Counted from the stretch's first letter, positions 1 through 12,589 are shown. The stretch is DNA of 64,000 nucleotides from Klebsormidium nitens (GCA_000708835.1 DF237414.1:1-64000), one strand, 5' to 3'. Made by a program: numbers and translations. Notes: generated by a model from the sequence alone, not told the origin.

Positions 1-109
1 TCATTCTCCCCTCAGGCTCCAGCTAGGGAGCCCTGCTTTTAGACGCTTCTCTACTCTCCTGAACTTTTCTATATCCAAGATCTTGTGAAGTTTGCTGCAA
101 GCTTGTCCA

Positions 110-1627
110 ATGCCAATGGCGGCAAATAGTACCACTTTGGCAAGTGGAGGGGCAGCGGTTGGTGTTTTGCATGCGGCCAGCAGGGCGGCCAGCAAGGAGA
201 GACAGCTTAGGTTCGCTTTGGAGCTCAAGACAGGAGTATGGGCCACAGGACGCACTTTTGCGAGCTGCAATTGTGCTAGACTGACGAGCTGGGTTTCCCC
301 AGCGGCAGTTTTGCGATGCGTGCAGCTGAAGTGGCAAGCAAAGAACCGCGCTTTCTTGCTTGCGCCTGGCGGCTCTGCCTTGCTCCTGCAGCGTGATAAG
401 AGAAGACGCGCATCATGTCTCATGCTTTCAGAAGACACTGCACTGAGAGCAGGCTCTGAAGATTCTTCGGTGGTAGAGGAAGTAGCTAAGAGCCAAGAAA
501 CAAAGTACTTTGTCAGGATAGAGACGAGCCGCTCCACAGGGTCCAGTTTGAGCCGGCCTGAGGATGGCATTATGGTCGCGCTTCTGGGGCCAGCCGGGCA
601 ATTCGTCTTGAGAAAGTTAGATACTCAAGGAGACGGCGCTGAGAAGAATGAAGGTCCGCAGGTCTTTGGTTTGAGTGGGAGTTTTGACATTGGCGCGACG
701 GCAGAAGCTCATTTCACGGGGCCTTCTCTGGACAGCATTGAAAGGGTCTGGCTGTCCCCTGTAAGCGGAACTTGGCGACCAGCAGCAGCCGGCGTCCTTG
801 TGAAACAGGCCAGCATTGAGGCGAGTGAAACTGCTCCTGACATGCTTTGGCAAGATGCTGACATCAATCAAAGCGGGTCATCGGAGGTTTCCAAGGGCAG
901 CCAAAATAGTGACACAAGTGTGGTTGGAGACAGAGACAAAGAAGCAGAGTTGGACAAAATACCATCTGTATTATACTCGTTCAAGTGGAACGAAAGTCTC
1001 ATTGGGGAGGGCTGTGAAGAGTCTGCCGCGCAGCTAGACCCGGCGGGGGTTCACACTGAGGACGCCATGAGCCAACTGACGAGCAGATTGAGTAATTCGA
1101 TGGAGGAGTTGGCCGCTACAAGGGCGGCCGGATTGGCAGAGTACCAAGAGCTCAAGGTGTTTCTCTTAGGAACCACTGCGGCTTTGGTGGGAGTTGGCAC
1201 GCTAGGCTCAAAGCTTGCGTTTGGCGATGAAGTTGGTATTGGATTCGCAGCCGGGGGCTTGGCGGGGTTGCTCTACCTTCTCTTGCTGGAACGAACGGTA
1301 GATCAGCTAGGAAAGGGAGAGGCGGTCGAAGCCACAGGCACGGTTGGGTCATCTGGTACGCACTCGGAACAACAAGAATCAAGCAGTCGCAGCGAAGGTC
1401 CTCTTGACAGGATTTTGAATAAAGTAGCTCTCATTGCCAAAGGGCCTGCGAGTAGGCTAGTCTTAGTTGCCTTATTGGGCCTTGTTGCTGTAAAATATGT
1501 GGGCGGGAATGACACGAGGAGTCTCGAGCCTCGGCAGATTCTAGGAGGTCTAGCGGGCTTTCTTGTTTACAAACTTGCCGTCCTTTCTGCAGCTTTTCGA
1601 CCTACCAATCGAGCTATGGACAGGTGA
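110..1627 (+). CDS. Intronless plastid-targeted membrane protein: transit-peptide-like N-terminus, central PLAT/LH2-like (DUF7755-type) domain, C-terminal AtpI/CGL160-like hydrophobic domain
   Basis: The ORF is uninterrupted for about 505 codons; the first in-frame ATGs are at 110 and 116. The N-terminus is A/S/R-rich. The central motif FTGPSLDSIERVWLSPVSGTWR and the C-terminal helices (YQELKVFLLG, GGLAGLLYLLLLERTVDQLG, GFLVYKLAVL) match a conserved plant family recalled from memory. Confidence 0.75.
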   Translation: MPMAANSTTLASGGAAVGVLHAASRAASKERQLRFALELKTGVWATGRTFASCNCARLTSWVSPAAVLRCVQLKWQAKNRAFLLAPGGSALLLQRDKRRRASCLMLSEDTALRAGSEDSSVVEEVAKSQETKYFVRIETSRSTGSSLSRPEDGIMVALLGPAGQFVLRKLDTQGDGAEKNEGPQVFGLSGSFDIGATAEAHFTGPSLDSIERVWLSPVSGTWRPAAAGVLVKQASIEASETAPDMLWQDADINQSGSSEVSKGSQNSDTSVVGDRDKEAELDKIPSVLYSFKWNESLIGEGCEESAAQLDPAGVHTEDAMSQLTSRLSNSMEELAATRAAGLAEYQELKVFLLGTTAALVGVGTLGSKLAFGDEVGIGFAAGGLAGLLYLLLLERTVDQLGKGEAVEATGTVGSSGTHSEQQESSSRSEGPLDRILNKVALIAKGPASRLVLVALLGLVAVKYVGGNDTRSLEPRQILGGLAGFLVYKLAVLSAAFRPTNRAMDR

Positions 1628-2765
1628 AAGTACCTCAAGGATTGTCCCACTTGTCGCATCTCAGCCAGCTTGTTTACTTGAATGATCAAGTCACTGACAG
1701 ATGCATCCCCTCGATTAATGTTATCCGATATACACAGTCGATAATTAAGGAGCCACATTGCCCTATATATTAGGTCAGCTTGCAAGCTGCTGTACCCGAT
1801 GTTCTCTTTTCAGACGCCGTAGCCACATGAGCCATAGGCTCCCATGCAGCATACATGGGAATTAATGTTTGAGTTTTGAACGCCTACCTACCCTCGATCA
1901 ATATGCAAACATTTTGCATCCCTTCTATTTTCATAAGATTGATCGCACGAGTGCCATGCACACTATCAGATAGCACAGGACATGGCGCGCACAATGCGAA
2001 GACTCGTATACTTGGCAAATGCGAATGCTCGATCCGACTCTGGCATCAAACCTGACGACAACGTGCTGCATGGCACGGTCATGTAATTGCACTGCAGTGA
2101 AGCCGGCCCGGCCATGTGCAAATATGTGCACAGGGTGGCAATTGACGTACTAATGAGTCAGGATACCCCTGTGCATGAGTGACTGAGCTCCGTCCAAAAG
2201 TTTTATTAGGCGGTCGTGAGTCGAACGCAAATGTGTTTATCTGAATATGACTATCACACTGAGCCTATCTACACCTCCCATCCGACGGCATGACCGTCCG
2301 CACAAGGATCCTACTGTCGACGAGAATGCAGGTAAATTTAAAGAACATGAGGTTAACACGGAATGGTTGCGTGTCACATATCCGAACTTAAATGCCAGGG
2401 TAATAAAAACAAGGGGGTCACTTAAGCATAATCGCACCCCCAATGTCAAAAATCTGCAATCATTCTGAAAGCAGTCCTTATTCGAGATAGTCAGAAGGAG
2501 CATCGGGACCGCTTAGCAGGACTGCCTCTTGTCTGGTTGACAACGCGAAACTACCAAGGCAAAAAAATCAGAGCAATATCCAGGTTCTCAAACACAACCC
2601 GCTGTTGCATTCTTATTTGACTCTCCTTAGCAAGGCCCTCTCGGGCAGTGTTATCGACACACACACACGATAGTTCAAAAACATCCTGTAACGAAGGCGT
2701 GACATCCGCTGATAGTAGGGATAAGAATACATTCACAGCCTGTCTTGTAATCGGCTTTTGCCTTT

Positions 2766-5700
2766 CTACTCAGCCGCCGCTGCTGGCTCCGCCTCCTCCT
2801 CTTCAACAGACTCCAGCTTGAAGGCAGCCAGGTGCTCGTCACCTGCAAGACAAGAGACATTTTCGATTGGTAGAGGTTAAGACTGTACACGATGGCTCGT
2901 AGGCAGCAAGACTATATTCAACGGCTATTTGTTCAGTTTTTGTTGTACCACTCAAAAGTGAATCGGTTTGATTGGCTTCAGGCACTAACGTTTCTCAAGG
3001 GCCGTGCTTGCGACCCCGAAATACGGCTGCCTTGCTGCGAGAGCATTTGAACTTCGAGGACCAAACTGCTGACCGGTTGAGGATCCCAAATGAGAGCGAG
3101 TTCATTCGTCCCGATGTACCGTCTTGCTAATACTTGGCAAGGGAGACCAGAGTCACTATCAACCGGAGTGTATCGTCTGCTTGGAGCTCTTGGTATTCAA
3201 AGCCGACTGTGATAAGTCGATGCTTCTAAGCTTGACAATGAAACATCGAACTCAGCAATCGATGAGAAAGTAAGAGATGGTGTCCAAGATAAAACGGTCA
3301 GCATACGTATCCGTTTTCAAATTGGCTGTACAATTCACGATATTGTAAAGTAGAGGGCTTCAATTGGCGGCAACACGTAGAAACAAGCTGAGTACGTGTG
3401 CCACAAAACGACCGGGCTCTTCACAAAACCTTATGGCAACGGGAACAACCGTGACGGAAGTATTGTATCCAGTGATCTGCATTCCTCAATGGAGGAAGAT
3501 GATCCTAGTGATTGACCTCTCAATGACAGAAGATGATTTCCTTTCTGCTTCTCTGCGCCAAGCAGCCCAAGCAGGCGAATACACGGACAGCAAGAGTCCA
3601 TAACCCAAGCTTTGAGACAAAAGCAACAGAAAACTCTGGTAGACACTCACCGAAGACAACAGTGCTGCCCACTTTCAACTCAATGGGCGTGTTGGAGCTG
3701 ATTCTCTTCTTGTCAATGTAGGTGCCGTTTGTGCTCTCCAAGTCGGTGATGAAGATCTTGTCTCCTTTCTTCTCGACCTTGGCGTGAGCTCCTGACACTG
3801 TGAAGACATAAAACGGCAGGTCGCTTGTTAAGTCGAAGAATCGTGTCGACGGGTATCCGAGACTGCTCAAGAGTAAGTCGCGATCCGGTTTCCCACCTTC
3901 TTCAAATCCGCATTTCAGTCTTTTCGTCTGTTCTTACAATGATAGCAACGGGCCGCTACACTGACAGGAGGATCTGACTTGAAAAGGTAGATTTAAATGA
4001 GTGCAGAACTATGGTCTGTTCCAAGAGTCAGCTTGCTTTGGAGTTTCTGTTGAGTTGAAAAGTTTGGCAAATTTGGAAACCCTCCGAGGAGAATACTTGG
4101 TCACTATGCCAGCTGGGCAAGAAACTCGTGTGTCCAGGCTGCTCTAGGAAACGGGTGACAAGGGGTGCATGTTACAAGGCTTCCAAGATTCTCTGGGCGT
4201 TGAATTGACTTCCCATGGACTTAGTAATGAGTGGCACGTCATCAGGCAGTACATGGAAGTCTGTGGTTGTGAGCTGTTTCAAAAGTCCGCAGAAACATTT
4301 CAGACGACTCCAGCGGCTCTGCTTCTTATTATCCATCTTCTCCTAAACCTTGAAGAGAGCAGACTGGCAAGCCACCTCTCGTTGCTCAAGCAACATGCCT
4401 TCCTCACATTGAAGCCTTCACACAGTCTCTTCGCCTCGGAGGTCATGCTTTCCTGAGCCTTGCATTTGCTTGGTCCCAACTTACCCGTTGCTACAGGCAG
4501 CACGTAGTCAGCACGGTCGTCAGTGCGCCCCACCACAAAGTCGCTGTCCACCCGAATCTCACCAGGCGGGTCAGTCTTTTCGTCCAGGTGGTCAGTCGCT
4601 CCGTCGCCTGCAATTGGCAAGGTTACATCTGTGTTCTAGAGCACAAATCAAGCGAGCCAGTAAGATGGCAGTATTGTCTGCAGTCCTCCAACAGACACCC
4701 TTTGTCTTACATTTATCATATTAAGCCTGCAATCCAATCCTGTCTTCCTAGTATGAGCAGGAGGCCTAAGCCCTCTGCGACTCTTGTGAAAAATTACAGA
4801 AGAAAATCTTCTCCGCCACCGTGTACAAATCAAAAGAAAGTGGCCCATCAGGGGAGTCTGGCACTGAAGTGAGTCTACGCAACGTTTTGTTTCGACACCC
4901 GCTACTTGATGCTCAATGCTCAATACTCGATACTCGATACTCGATACTCCCAAAACCTGTCAGATTTGCATATGCTACTTCTGGAGGTTATCTACATACC
5001 TGCCCAGCTAGTCTGCGAATGAAGTGCAGGAGCTTTCAACAATCTCATATACCAGCCCCTAGTAGAGCAAAAGACGCTTCCTAATATCAAGCCGAAAAGG
5101 TCACCAATCTGTTCTTTTTCATTCATTCTAGAGCAATGCAGCACGAAGGGTGCACCATCTCGCCCAACATAAGAATCTGCTTGTCCTCACTATGAGAAAC
5201 TGAAGAGCTTCTAAAGCAGAGACAATAGATAAAAAAAAACTTGGAGTTCGGCCCTCAGAGCAGCTTTCACAGGACTTGATTCGTTTGTATTCACCTAGGA
5301 CGAGGCAGGTCTGAAGGCGCCAGAGCCATCCGTGCACTAGAGATGTATCTCAAACAAGAGATGGCAATTGCCAAACCAGGTGTTCTTGAAGTGTAGATTG
5401 GCAAAAGAAAAGTTCAAGCGTCCAGGATCATGAGACCTTGAATATATGAGCAACAAATGCAGGAATTCCATCTGTGACAGCTGACTACTGGAGTGCACTT
5501 GCTTCTAATCTGGTCAGAAGACCATTCTTGGTGCCCTCCCAGTACTCGAAGTTCTAAGCTTGATAGTGCTTAGGACCAACACATATGCCAGGCACTGAGG
5601 GAGGGGAATGTAAATGCAGTGCCCCATTGCTTTGAGCAACTAATTTTTTGAAATGAAAGGAGACGAAGCTCTGAAGTGGAAATGCCCCTGCATTGCACAT

Positions 5701-6073
5701 TGAATGCAAATGCGATGGCATTACAGGTTCAGAACTTCAATTTACAAAACGTTCACAAAAAAGACAACAGGAGGGTTTCAAACCCAAACATCACATTCAC
5801 TTTAACCAAGTCTTGGTACATTGACTCACCAACTGGAGCGAGGACCGTCACTGCTTTTGCCTCCACTGCCAGGGCTCCACCTCTTCCAACTCGCTTCTCA
5901 GCAAACTGCTCAGCTAGCAATTGCCTCCCGGTGAACCTTTTGGGTGCGCACACCCGCACAGAATGCAATGCAGCGGCTTGGCCAAAAGAGGCGGACGCCC
6001 GCGGCTTCCATGTGCACACAGGGGCTGCCAGGCACGCCGGCCCCGTCGCAACAGCCCTGGAAACAGCCTGCAT
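2766..6073 (-). CDS. Plastid FHA (SMAD/FHA) domain protein, At2g21530-like, 4 exons
   Basis: Exons are 6073-5830, 4607-4485, about 3798-3650 and about 2842-2766, with canonical GT/AG and consistent phase. Spliced protein: transit peptide, then LAPVGDGATDHL..FVVGRTDDRADYVLPVATVSGAHAKVE..ITDLESTNGTYID..VVFGDEHLAAFKLE*. It contains the FHA signatures GR, S..HA and STNGT. Confidence 0.92.
4903..4951. repeat. Heptamer tandem repeat, T(A/G)CTC(A/G)A x7, in FHA-gene intron 1
   Basis: Units read tacttga tgctcaa tgctcaa tactcga tactcga tactcga tactccc. Confidence 0.85.
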
Positions 6074-7090
6074 TGTCCCTGCTTGGGTCAGCTGACGGCC
6101 TCAGACGCTTCAAGGGGCCGGCTAGCAGCTCCACTGGCGCTTGCTTGACGTTGATATGGGGAAGAAGCTTCTGAGGAGAATCTGATGTTTCGCCCACATA
6201 CGGTATGTATACAGATCCCAGGATCTTGTTTCTATCCACTTTCAAATGACATCAGCTGTCGTCGAGTCGTCATAAGCGCTCCGTCTCGCATCGATCATCC
6301 ATTTCCAGCCGGAGCAAATTCTGATCTACTCCTCTTGGGGGACATTGATAAGAATTTCGAAGTGTTAAATTCCATTAGATTGACGGCATACGCAGCTGGC
6401 CCGCTCAGCGCGCGTGTGGAATCTGCAAGCGAAGCGTGACAGAGAGCAGGTGGAAGCAAGCTCAAAATGGTGATGGTGGTTCTTCTCAAGCCGACAGTTT
6501 CTGAGGGGAGCGCAGGATCTCGTTGTGTACGTGAAGGTCAGGGTCTGTTTTTGGAGGCATGTACCTATGACCAATGGGGCAATGCAGTCTTTTTCTTTGC
6601 AGGCGGACTCAGTCAATGCGAGCAGCTGGACTGGAAGTCTGGAAGTTATATTGAGATGTGATGCGTTTACTTGCAAGCTGCAGAGACCTTGAGGGGTGGA
6701 AGAAGCCCAATGTTGGTAGACGAGGTTCCATTGAGCACTTCATCGATCTTTGGAACAGCTTGCTCAGAGCGTCTGTTTTACAGCGGGCACCTGCCCTTTC
6801 TCCTTCTTGAGTCTTGACTGTAGAGTCCCTGATATATTCTACTCAACAGGCCTGTTCAACACCCTCGCTTAGCATGTCTGCTGAAAAAAACAAATGAAGG
6901 ACGCTTGTTCTCTGTTTGACAATCTCTAGAAAGCCCCACCATCATTCAAAGGCAGGTTGAAGGCATACATTGAAAGAGCACGGAGTTGAAGGATTGCATT
7001 CGCTGAATAGCAGGCTGCCGCAGAAACGAGATGAAAGCTTGTTAGGCCCCTCAACGTCGCTTGTACTGGAAGACTCACATCACCGAAGTC

Positions 7091-8270
7091 ATGGCTCAGC
7101 CTACTGGCAAAGCACAGATTGGCGCCGGGGCCCTTGGGACCAGCACTCTTCAGGCGGCCCTGCAGAAGCAGCGGAATCTGCAGCAGCGGGTGGACTCCGA
7201 CTTGAATAGTCTGGTGGAGAACTTCAGCAACATGGTGGCAGCGTGCAAAGTTAGTCTGACTCAGTTTTCGCCAGTCTTTTTCGCTTGGTTTCTGATCAGA
7301 CTTGTTCATCCCAAGATACCCACTGCCTTATTTACACCTTTCTCCGACCCCAGTGATTGCCGTTTACTTAATGATGTCTTGATGAGAGACCGTGAACGAC
7401 TTATGACGAACTCGCAACAGCTGGTGCTTCCTTCATGATTTTGATTACCCCCACGCAGAGGAGGAATCTTAGGGAAAGCCATGACAATTACTGCTGTCAT
7501 TGTTCATTCTGAAGGTTGCACCTGATTGAGAAGTTTTGGGACGAGCATCCTTAACCTGTTTGCTGCGCAAGGGCCTAATTTCAATGCTGATTGAAGCTTC
7601 AAACAATCCTTAATTGTCTGGATGCAGGTCCAGGATCAGACACGGAACACACAGGAAGCTTTTCAGATCGATGTCCACGTTGCGAAGATTGTAAGTTGGG
7701 GCACCTTGTGAAGCACTTTATATTTGCAGCAGACTTTCATTTTGCACCATCACTGTGCCCACACGATACATGTCAGACATCCCCACATGTTGTAAGCCGT
7801 GTTCTACACTGCTGTTGACAACGTTAGGTCCCTATCATTATTTTCCTGTCGACGCACATCCTTTCATTCTGGTTTTGTTGCATCGAGCCTTTCTTGCCCT
7901 TGTCGTTTGTTACTTAGTGCAGACTTTTGAGCCTGCGGATCTGAGGATCTTTGCCCGAGCATCCCAGAAAAGGTCATTGCGCCTCAAACACACTCTTCAA
8001 ATTCGTTTTCCTATGCAGACACAAGCTGCGGAGTCCCTGCTCGATGTTGTGAGTGAGCTGAAGCAGAGTGCAATTTTCAGTAACTTTGAAGCACGTAATG
8101 ATCAGGTGGCAGCGAATAATCTCAAGTACGAAGAGAAGGCTGCCTCTGACGCGAAAACAGTCGAAAGGCTTCGCATAGTTATTGAAGAAGCTCACACACT
8201 TTCGCAAAGTCGAAGACGTGAAAATCATGTGTTGAATCGTGAGTTGCAAATAGTAAGGGACGCTGGTTGA
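7091..8270 (+). CDS. MED22: Mediator subunit 22 (Surfeit-5 family), 3 exons
   Basis: Exons are 7091-7249, 7628-7690 and 8019-8270. The protein AALQKQRNLQQRVDSDLNSLVENFSNMV..TQEAFQIDVHVAKITQAAESLLDVVSELKQSAIFSNF matches plant MED22. Confidence 0.92.
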
Positions 8271-8932
8271 CACTGACAAAAGTAAAGCTGTCCTGTGCAG
8301 CAAAATCGATGCGTGCAAATTCTATGGTTTGTGGACAGCCTGCCAGCTATTTGTTAACTCCACCAAGCGAGGGAAGATTAAGTTGGCAACTAGTGCACTA
8401 CACACCATTCTATGAATCTTGAAGCTATAATCGATTGCTGCCTGGCCATATATATGACAAAATCGTGCAAAATGTGGCTGACGTATTATAATGATCTCAG
8501 AGTTACTTCATGCACAAAAGCTAGCCAATCAATGCGGGTCAATGTCACCTGTGAGCTGTAATTCAAACCCGTCGATACATGAAATGCTCGAAACATAACT
8601 GGGGTCACATGCGTTTGCAAAGCTATTGAGCCGGCATGTGTCTGGCATCTGGCTAAATTTAGAGCTGTTCCGTCTGCTATAACATACACGCTGCATCATG
8701 GCATCCACAACACACATCCGTGCATATCACACCGAAGTGACCATAGTCAAATCACAGCCAATGCACGTCTCAAAGCACATCAGCATGCAACGCGTGACGT
8801 GAGTCCTGCCACAAGATCGCGTTTTTCCCCCACATAAAGCGACAGGACAACAATTGCAGGACCCTGCTCAAAACCCATGTATTAAAAGGGGCACCGTCAG
8901 TCACCCTGCCAACTCAAGGCCTAGAAGCAGCT

Positions 8933-11900
8933 TCACTCGTCGGCCTCGTTGTGAGCCGCCAGCCTCTTCACCAAGGCTGCCTTGCGCTCCTCATAGGTCA
9001 GCTTCTTGATCTTCCATCTGCAAGAACGAAAGGCCAACAATCAGAACTCTTTCTTGATAGAACAGATTCCGCTGATAGGCCTGGTCGCTTCTTAAAGCTA
9101 CTCCGCCTCACTCATATGTTTGAGCAACGCACTTGCGACCGTGGAGGTGGTCCAGCACTATCTAGAAGATTCTAGAAAATCTTAAAAGGATCTGACCACA
9201 ATCCCTTCGTCTCAGGTGTTTCGGAACATGCCCAACAAAAAAGTAACAGAACAAAACGGTGTCAGCCCCAATGTGTACAACAATGAAGCGCCCCCGACCA
9301 ACACTGACTGCCAGAGGCTCGGTCTTCCGGCATGTGCCCCGGAAGAAATTACGAATGGTGAAGGTTTCAAACACTTCAATCTCTCCATCCCCGCTAGTGC
9401 AAGCCCGTCACCGCCTACCCTTCTAACTTCCTCGAGCCCCCTAGTACAAAAGCCCTAGAGTTCTCAATCAAGGACGGACCACCGACCTCACATGTCGGTC
9501 GGGATTGTACCTTCCGTTACAATCGAAAACGCTTGAAAGTGCTTGCAGATTCAAAAATTCAACCAACGAAGGGCATCCAAAAGAAATGCAAGGAAACTCA
9601 CTGCCTGGGCTTCTCGGGCTTCTTCTTCTCGGTGAGCTTGGCAGTGGGGTCCGCCCGGATGGCCTCATGCACCTCCTTGTACATGTCCTCCAGCTCGTCG
9701 GGCTCCAAACCCTCCGCCACGGTCTTGCTGAAGTGGGCCGCGTACTTCTCAGGGGTGTCCTCCTTCATGGCCTGCCAAGACATAAGACACCTTTTCAGAA
9801 TCGGCATTGAAAAGCCTGACACCTCTAGTGGAGATATATTGGAACGCTTAATTCAAGTGGCAGATATTTTAATTAGTTGCGTGCTCTTGAAATTGACACC
9901 TTCAAGAACTGCCGACAAAGATTATCTTCTCCAACAAGGAGACTAGGGGTTGACATCTCGGAGCATGGAGACTACGAAGGAGAGGTAAAGACGTGAGGCT
10001 TCTTTGCGTTTAGTGTGGACACATCTTGGAGGAAAGAAGGGGGGTCGTGTAATTCTTGAAAGTTTCCTCCTTCAATGGTGTGCCAACGAAAAGACAACTT
10101 CCAACATCGAACATCAGCAGCAGACACTCGAGTATGTATGAGGTGACAAACTGGGAGTCACCTTAAGTACTGCCCTCGCATGTTCAAGACGTGCCAAATT
10201 CAATCCGTCAAAATTCCACCTGCAAAGCCCCTCACCTCCATGTAGTCAGCCACGTGCTGGCCAAAGATGTAGCGCCTGTGCGTGTCCGCGTCCAGGGACT
10301 TGCTCTCCTTGTCATACCCAGGGAACCGCTTCTCGTTGTGGGGGATGTCCAGGCCACCGTCCAAGGCACCCTGGCAAAGGACAAGCAGAATGTCGTCAGC
10401 AGGTCTTTAAAAACTGTTCTCAATGTGCCAGACATTGTAAGCACATCTCGTGTCTCAAACATGACTCATGTCTACAAACGTTACACAATTCTGTAACAGA
10501 TAAGGGACCTCTTCATTAAATCCGATTATGCTTCCTCTCTGCCAAGCAGATGTCGGCGAAACCAGTTGTCTAGTTGCATGACCTCCCTGACTCCTTCCTC
10601 TTCGACCTTCCTGACTTCTTCCTCCTCAATAAACTCCCTGAATCATCGATTCCTTCCTCTTCAACAAATCCTCCTAAGAAACCAGCAACTGTGATTGTCT
10701 TCAAAAAGACACGTCACTTGCCCCCATCTTGACATGCCAAACAAGCAGAATCAAACCTTTTAAGGTACAAGGCAAGCAAGCAACCGAACTTCCCCTCACC
10801 TTCAGGGCGCCGAACACGCGATTGCCGGTGGTAGTCCTCGCAAGCCCGACGTCCAGCAGGGCCGTGAAGGGGCGCTTCTCCTCGCCGGCCTCGACGTTGT
10901 AGTCCTCGCCAGTGGCCTCCTCGTTACCCGGGTACATCTCATCGAGACCCAGCTTGTTCAACAAGCGGCGGGCCAAGAGCAACCCGGTGCAGTAGGCTGG
11001 AAATGATCACGAGCAGTATCGGATTAATGCCATGAGAGACACAATCCACTGCGAGGGGGTTGGTGAGGCGCGCGGGGGGCTTTGGGAGGAGGGAGGGGAG
11101 AGTTAGTGGGGGAGAGGCTCCTTAAGAGGCCAGAAAAAGTTGGATTTGCACAGCTTTTAGCAGTCACAGGAGCACTGGAGCGGATGATTGGCTGCGCACT
11201 AAAGCACAACTTTTGCACACCCTAGCAACAGTCATTTGAAAACACAACATTCCTAAGCTACCCGATCCCAAAGTACAAAGGTGCTAAGTAACCTGAACAA
11301 CCGACTTCTACAAGCCAAGAATATCTTTTTAAGGACTCCGCAAAGCACATGCCATCAGCAGGGCTTTTGATTCTTCTCCACGTCCAAACAAATAACTGTA
11401 CGGGAAGCTCTCTCAACCCGCGTTTTGGTGTCCACTCCGCCCGTAAAAGCAACCTGGTTGACTCACCAGCAGCGTAGTTGGTGAGGCCAATCTTGAGGCC
11501 ATACCGGGGCAGCTCGTGCGCATAGGCGGCAGTCAGGACCACATCCCCCGTGAGCTTGGCGGACACGATCTGGGCCACGATGTCGCGGTTGGTGAAGCGG
11601 ACCACAAAGCGGTACTTGGGGGTGTTGTACTTGTTCTTGTCCTGGGTAACCAAGCGGATGCGCGCGCGGTAGTCGGTCTTTCCCTCTGAAATGCGAAAGA
11701 ATGGGAGCAATATTGATATCCAGTAACACTGCAAGACTTGTTGCACGTGTGGCCATACACCAACCCATGTTGGCCCCCGCATCCAGCTTACGACCTCAAA
11801 AGGCCCCTAAAATTGGGCCACCCCAAGCCCTACGGCACTGCTGCTTCCTTGCAAGTAGCTGCACTATGGGCTCTTCATGCAGCACATACCCCTCTGAGAA

Positions 11901-12589
11901 CAACAGCGCAAGCAGGTGCCTTTGAATAATAAGTCTAGACATTTCAGTTGGACGCCATGACTTTTGCGCACAACCTGCTTAGCTAACCCATGGACAACCA
12001 TTACCACTTCCTCACGCGGCCCAGTCACCTTAAGCTCTTGCCCCAGACAACCCAATTGATCTTTCAGCGCTCACAGGACCTAACAGTAGGGCCCAGGACT
12101 GCACATCCTTGTTCCATTCCCACTCTTACCATACCAAAGTGGTAATGGTCACAGGCGATCAGCACCTAACACAGAGCGACGATTAAAAGCCAGCCTGCCT
12201 GTCCTGTTCAGCCCGCATACTCCGTCATTTTGCACCAGCTAGATTGGCAACATACCTCTGCGTCTGCGGTACTTGACCTGGAACCTCTTGAAGTAAGACC
12301 TGGTCTTGATGGTCTTGACGAACGCCTGCACATTGCGAAAACCCAGAATTACTCACACACTCAACCTGTTTCTATGTTTCCCAGAAGTTGCCACCAACTT
12401 ATACGCCTGATATCCTGGCAGCTTGAGCAGTTGCAACCCCTCCTCACAGGACTTGCAGAACGCCCCACTTTCCAACGCCTAATAATTCTGCATCAAGCTA
12501 CTAAACGTAGGCGAAAGCTTCGCTCCTGCACAGGACATTGGCAGCTAATCTGATGGCCATACGTACTGCCAGGGTCCACTCCTCACCAT
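8933..12589 (-). CDS. RPL5: 60S ribosomal protein L5 (uL18), 7 coding exons including an ATG-only first exon
   Basis: Exons are 12589-12587, 12325-12256, 11685-11467, 10996-10800, 10370-10236, 9771-9602 and 9017-8933. Protein: [82 protein letters not shown]. Confidence 0.98.
10578..10675. repeat. Degenerate purine/pyrimidine-skewed repeat in an RPL5 intron
   Basis: Recurrent ctccctga, cttcctctt and cttcctgac units; on the transcribed strand they read GAAGAGGAAGGA-like. Confidence 0.5.

Noticed and set aside
1-570. 189-aa minus-strand ORF, and other long antisense ORFs (e.g. 60562-61551, 61817-62452, 62668-63363, 13644-14210)
   Set aside because: These are shadows of GC-rich coding sequence on the opposite strand, with no domain features or splice support.
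2237-2503. Small ORFs between the first two genes
   Set aside because: No recognisable motif, coding-like composition or splice partners.
8933-12589. Intronic snoRNAs in RPL5, as in vertebrates
   Set aside because: I found no RTGATGA C box paired with a CTGA D box and terminal stem on the transcribed strand, and no convincing H/ACA layout.
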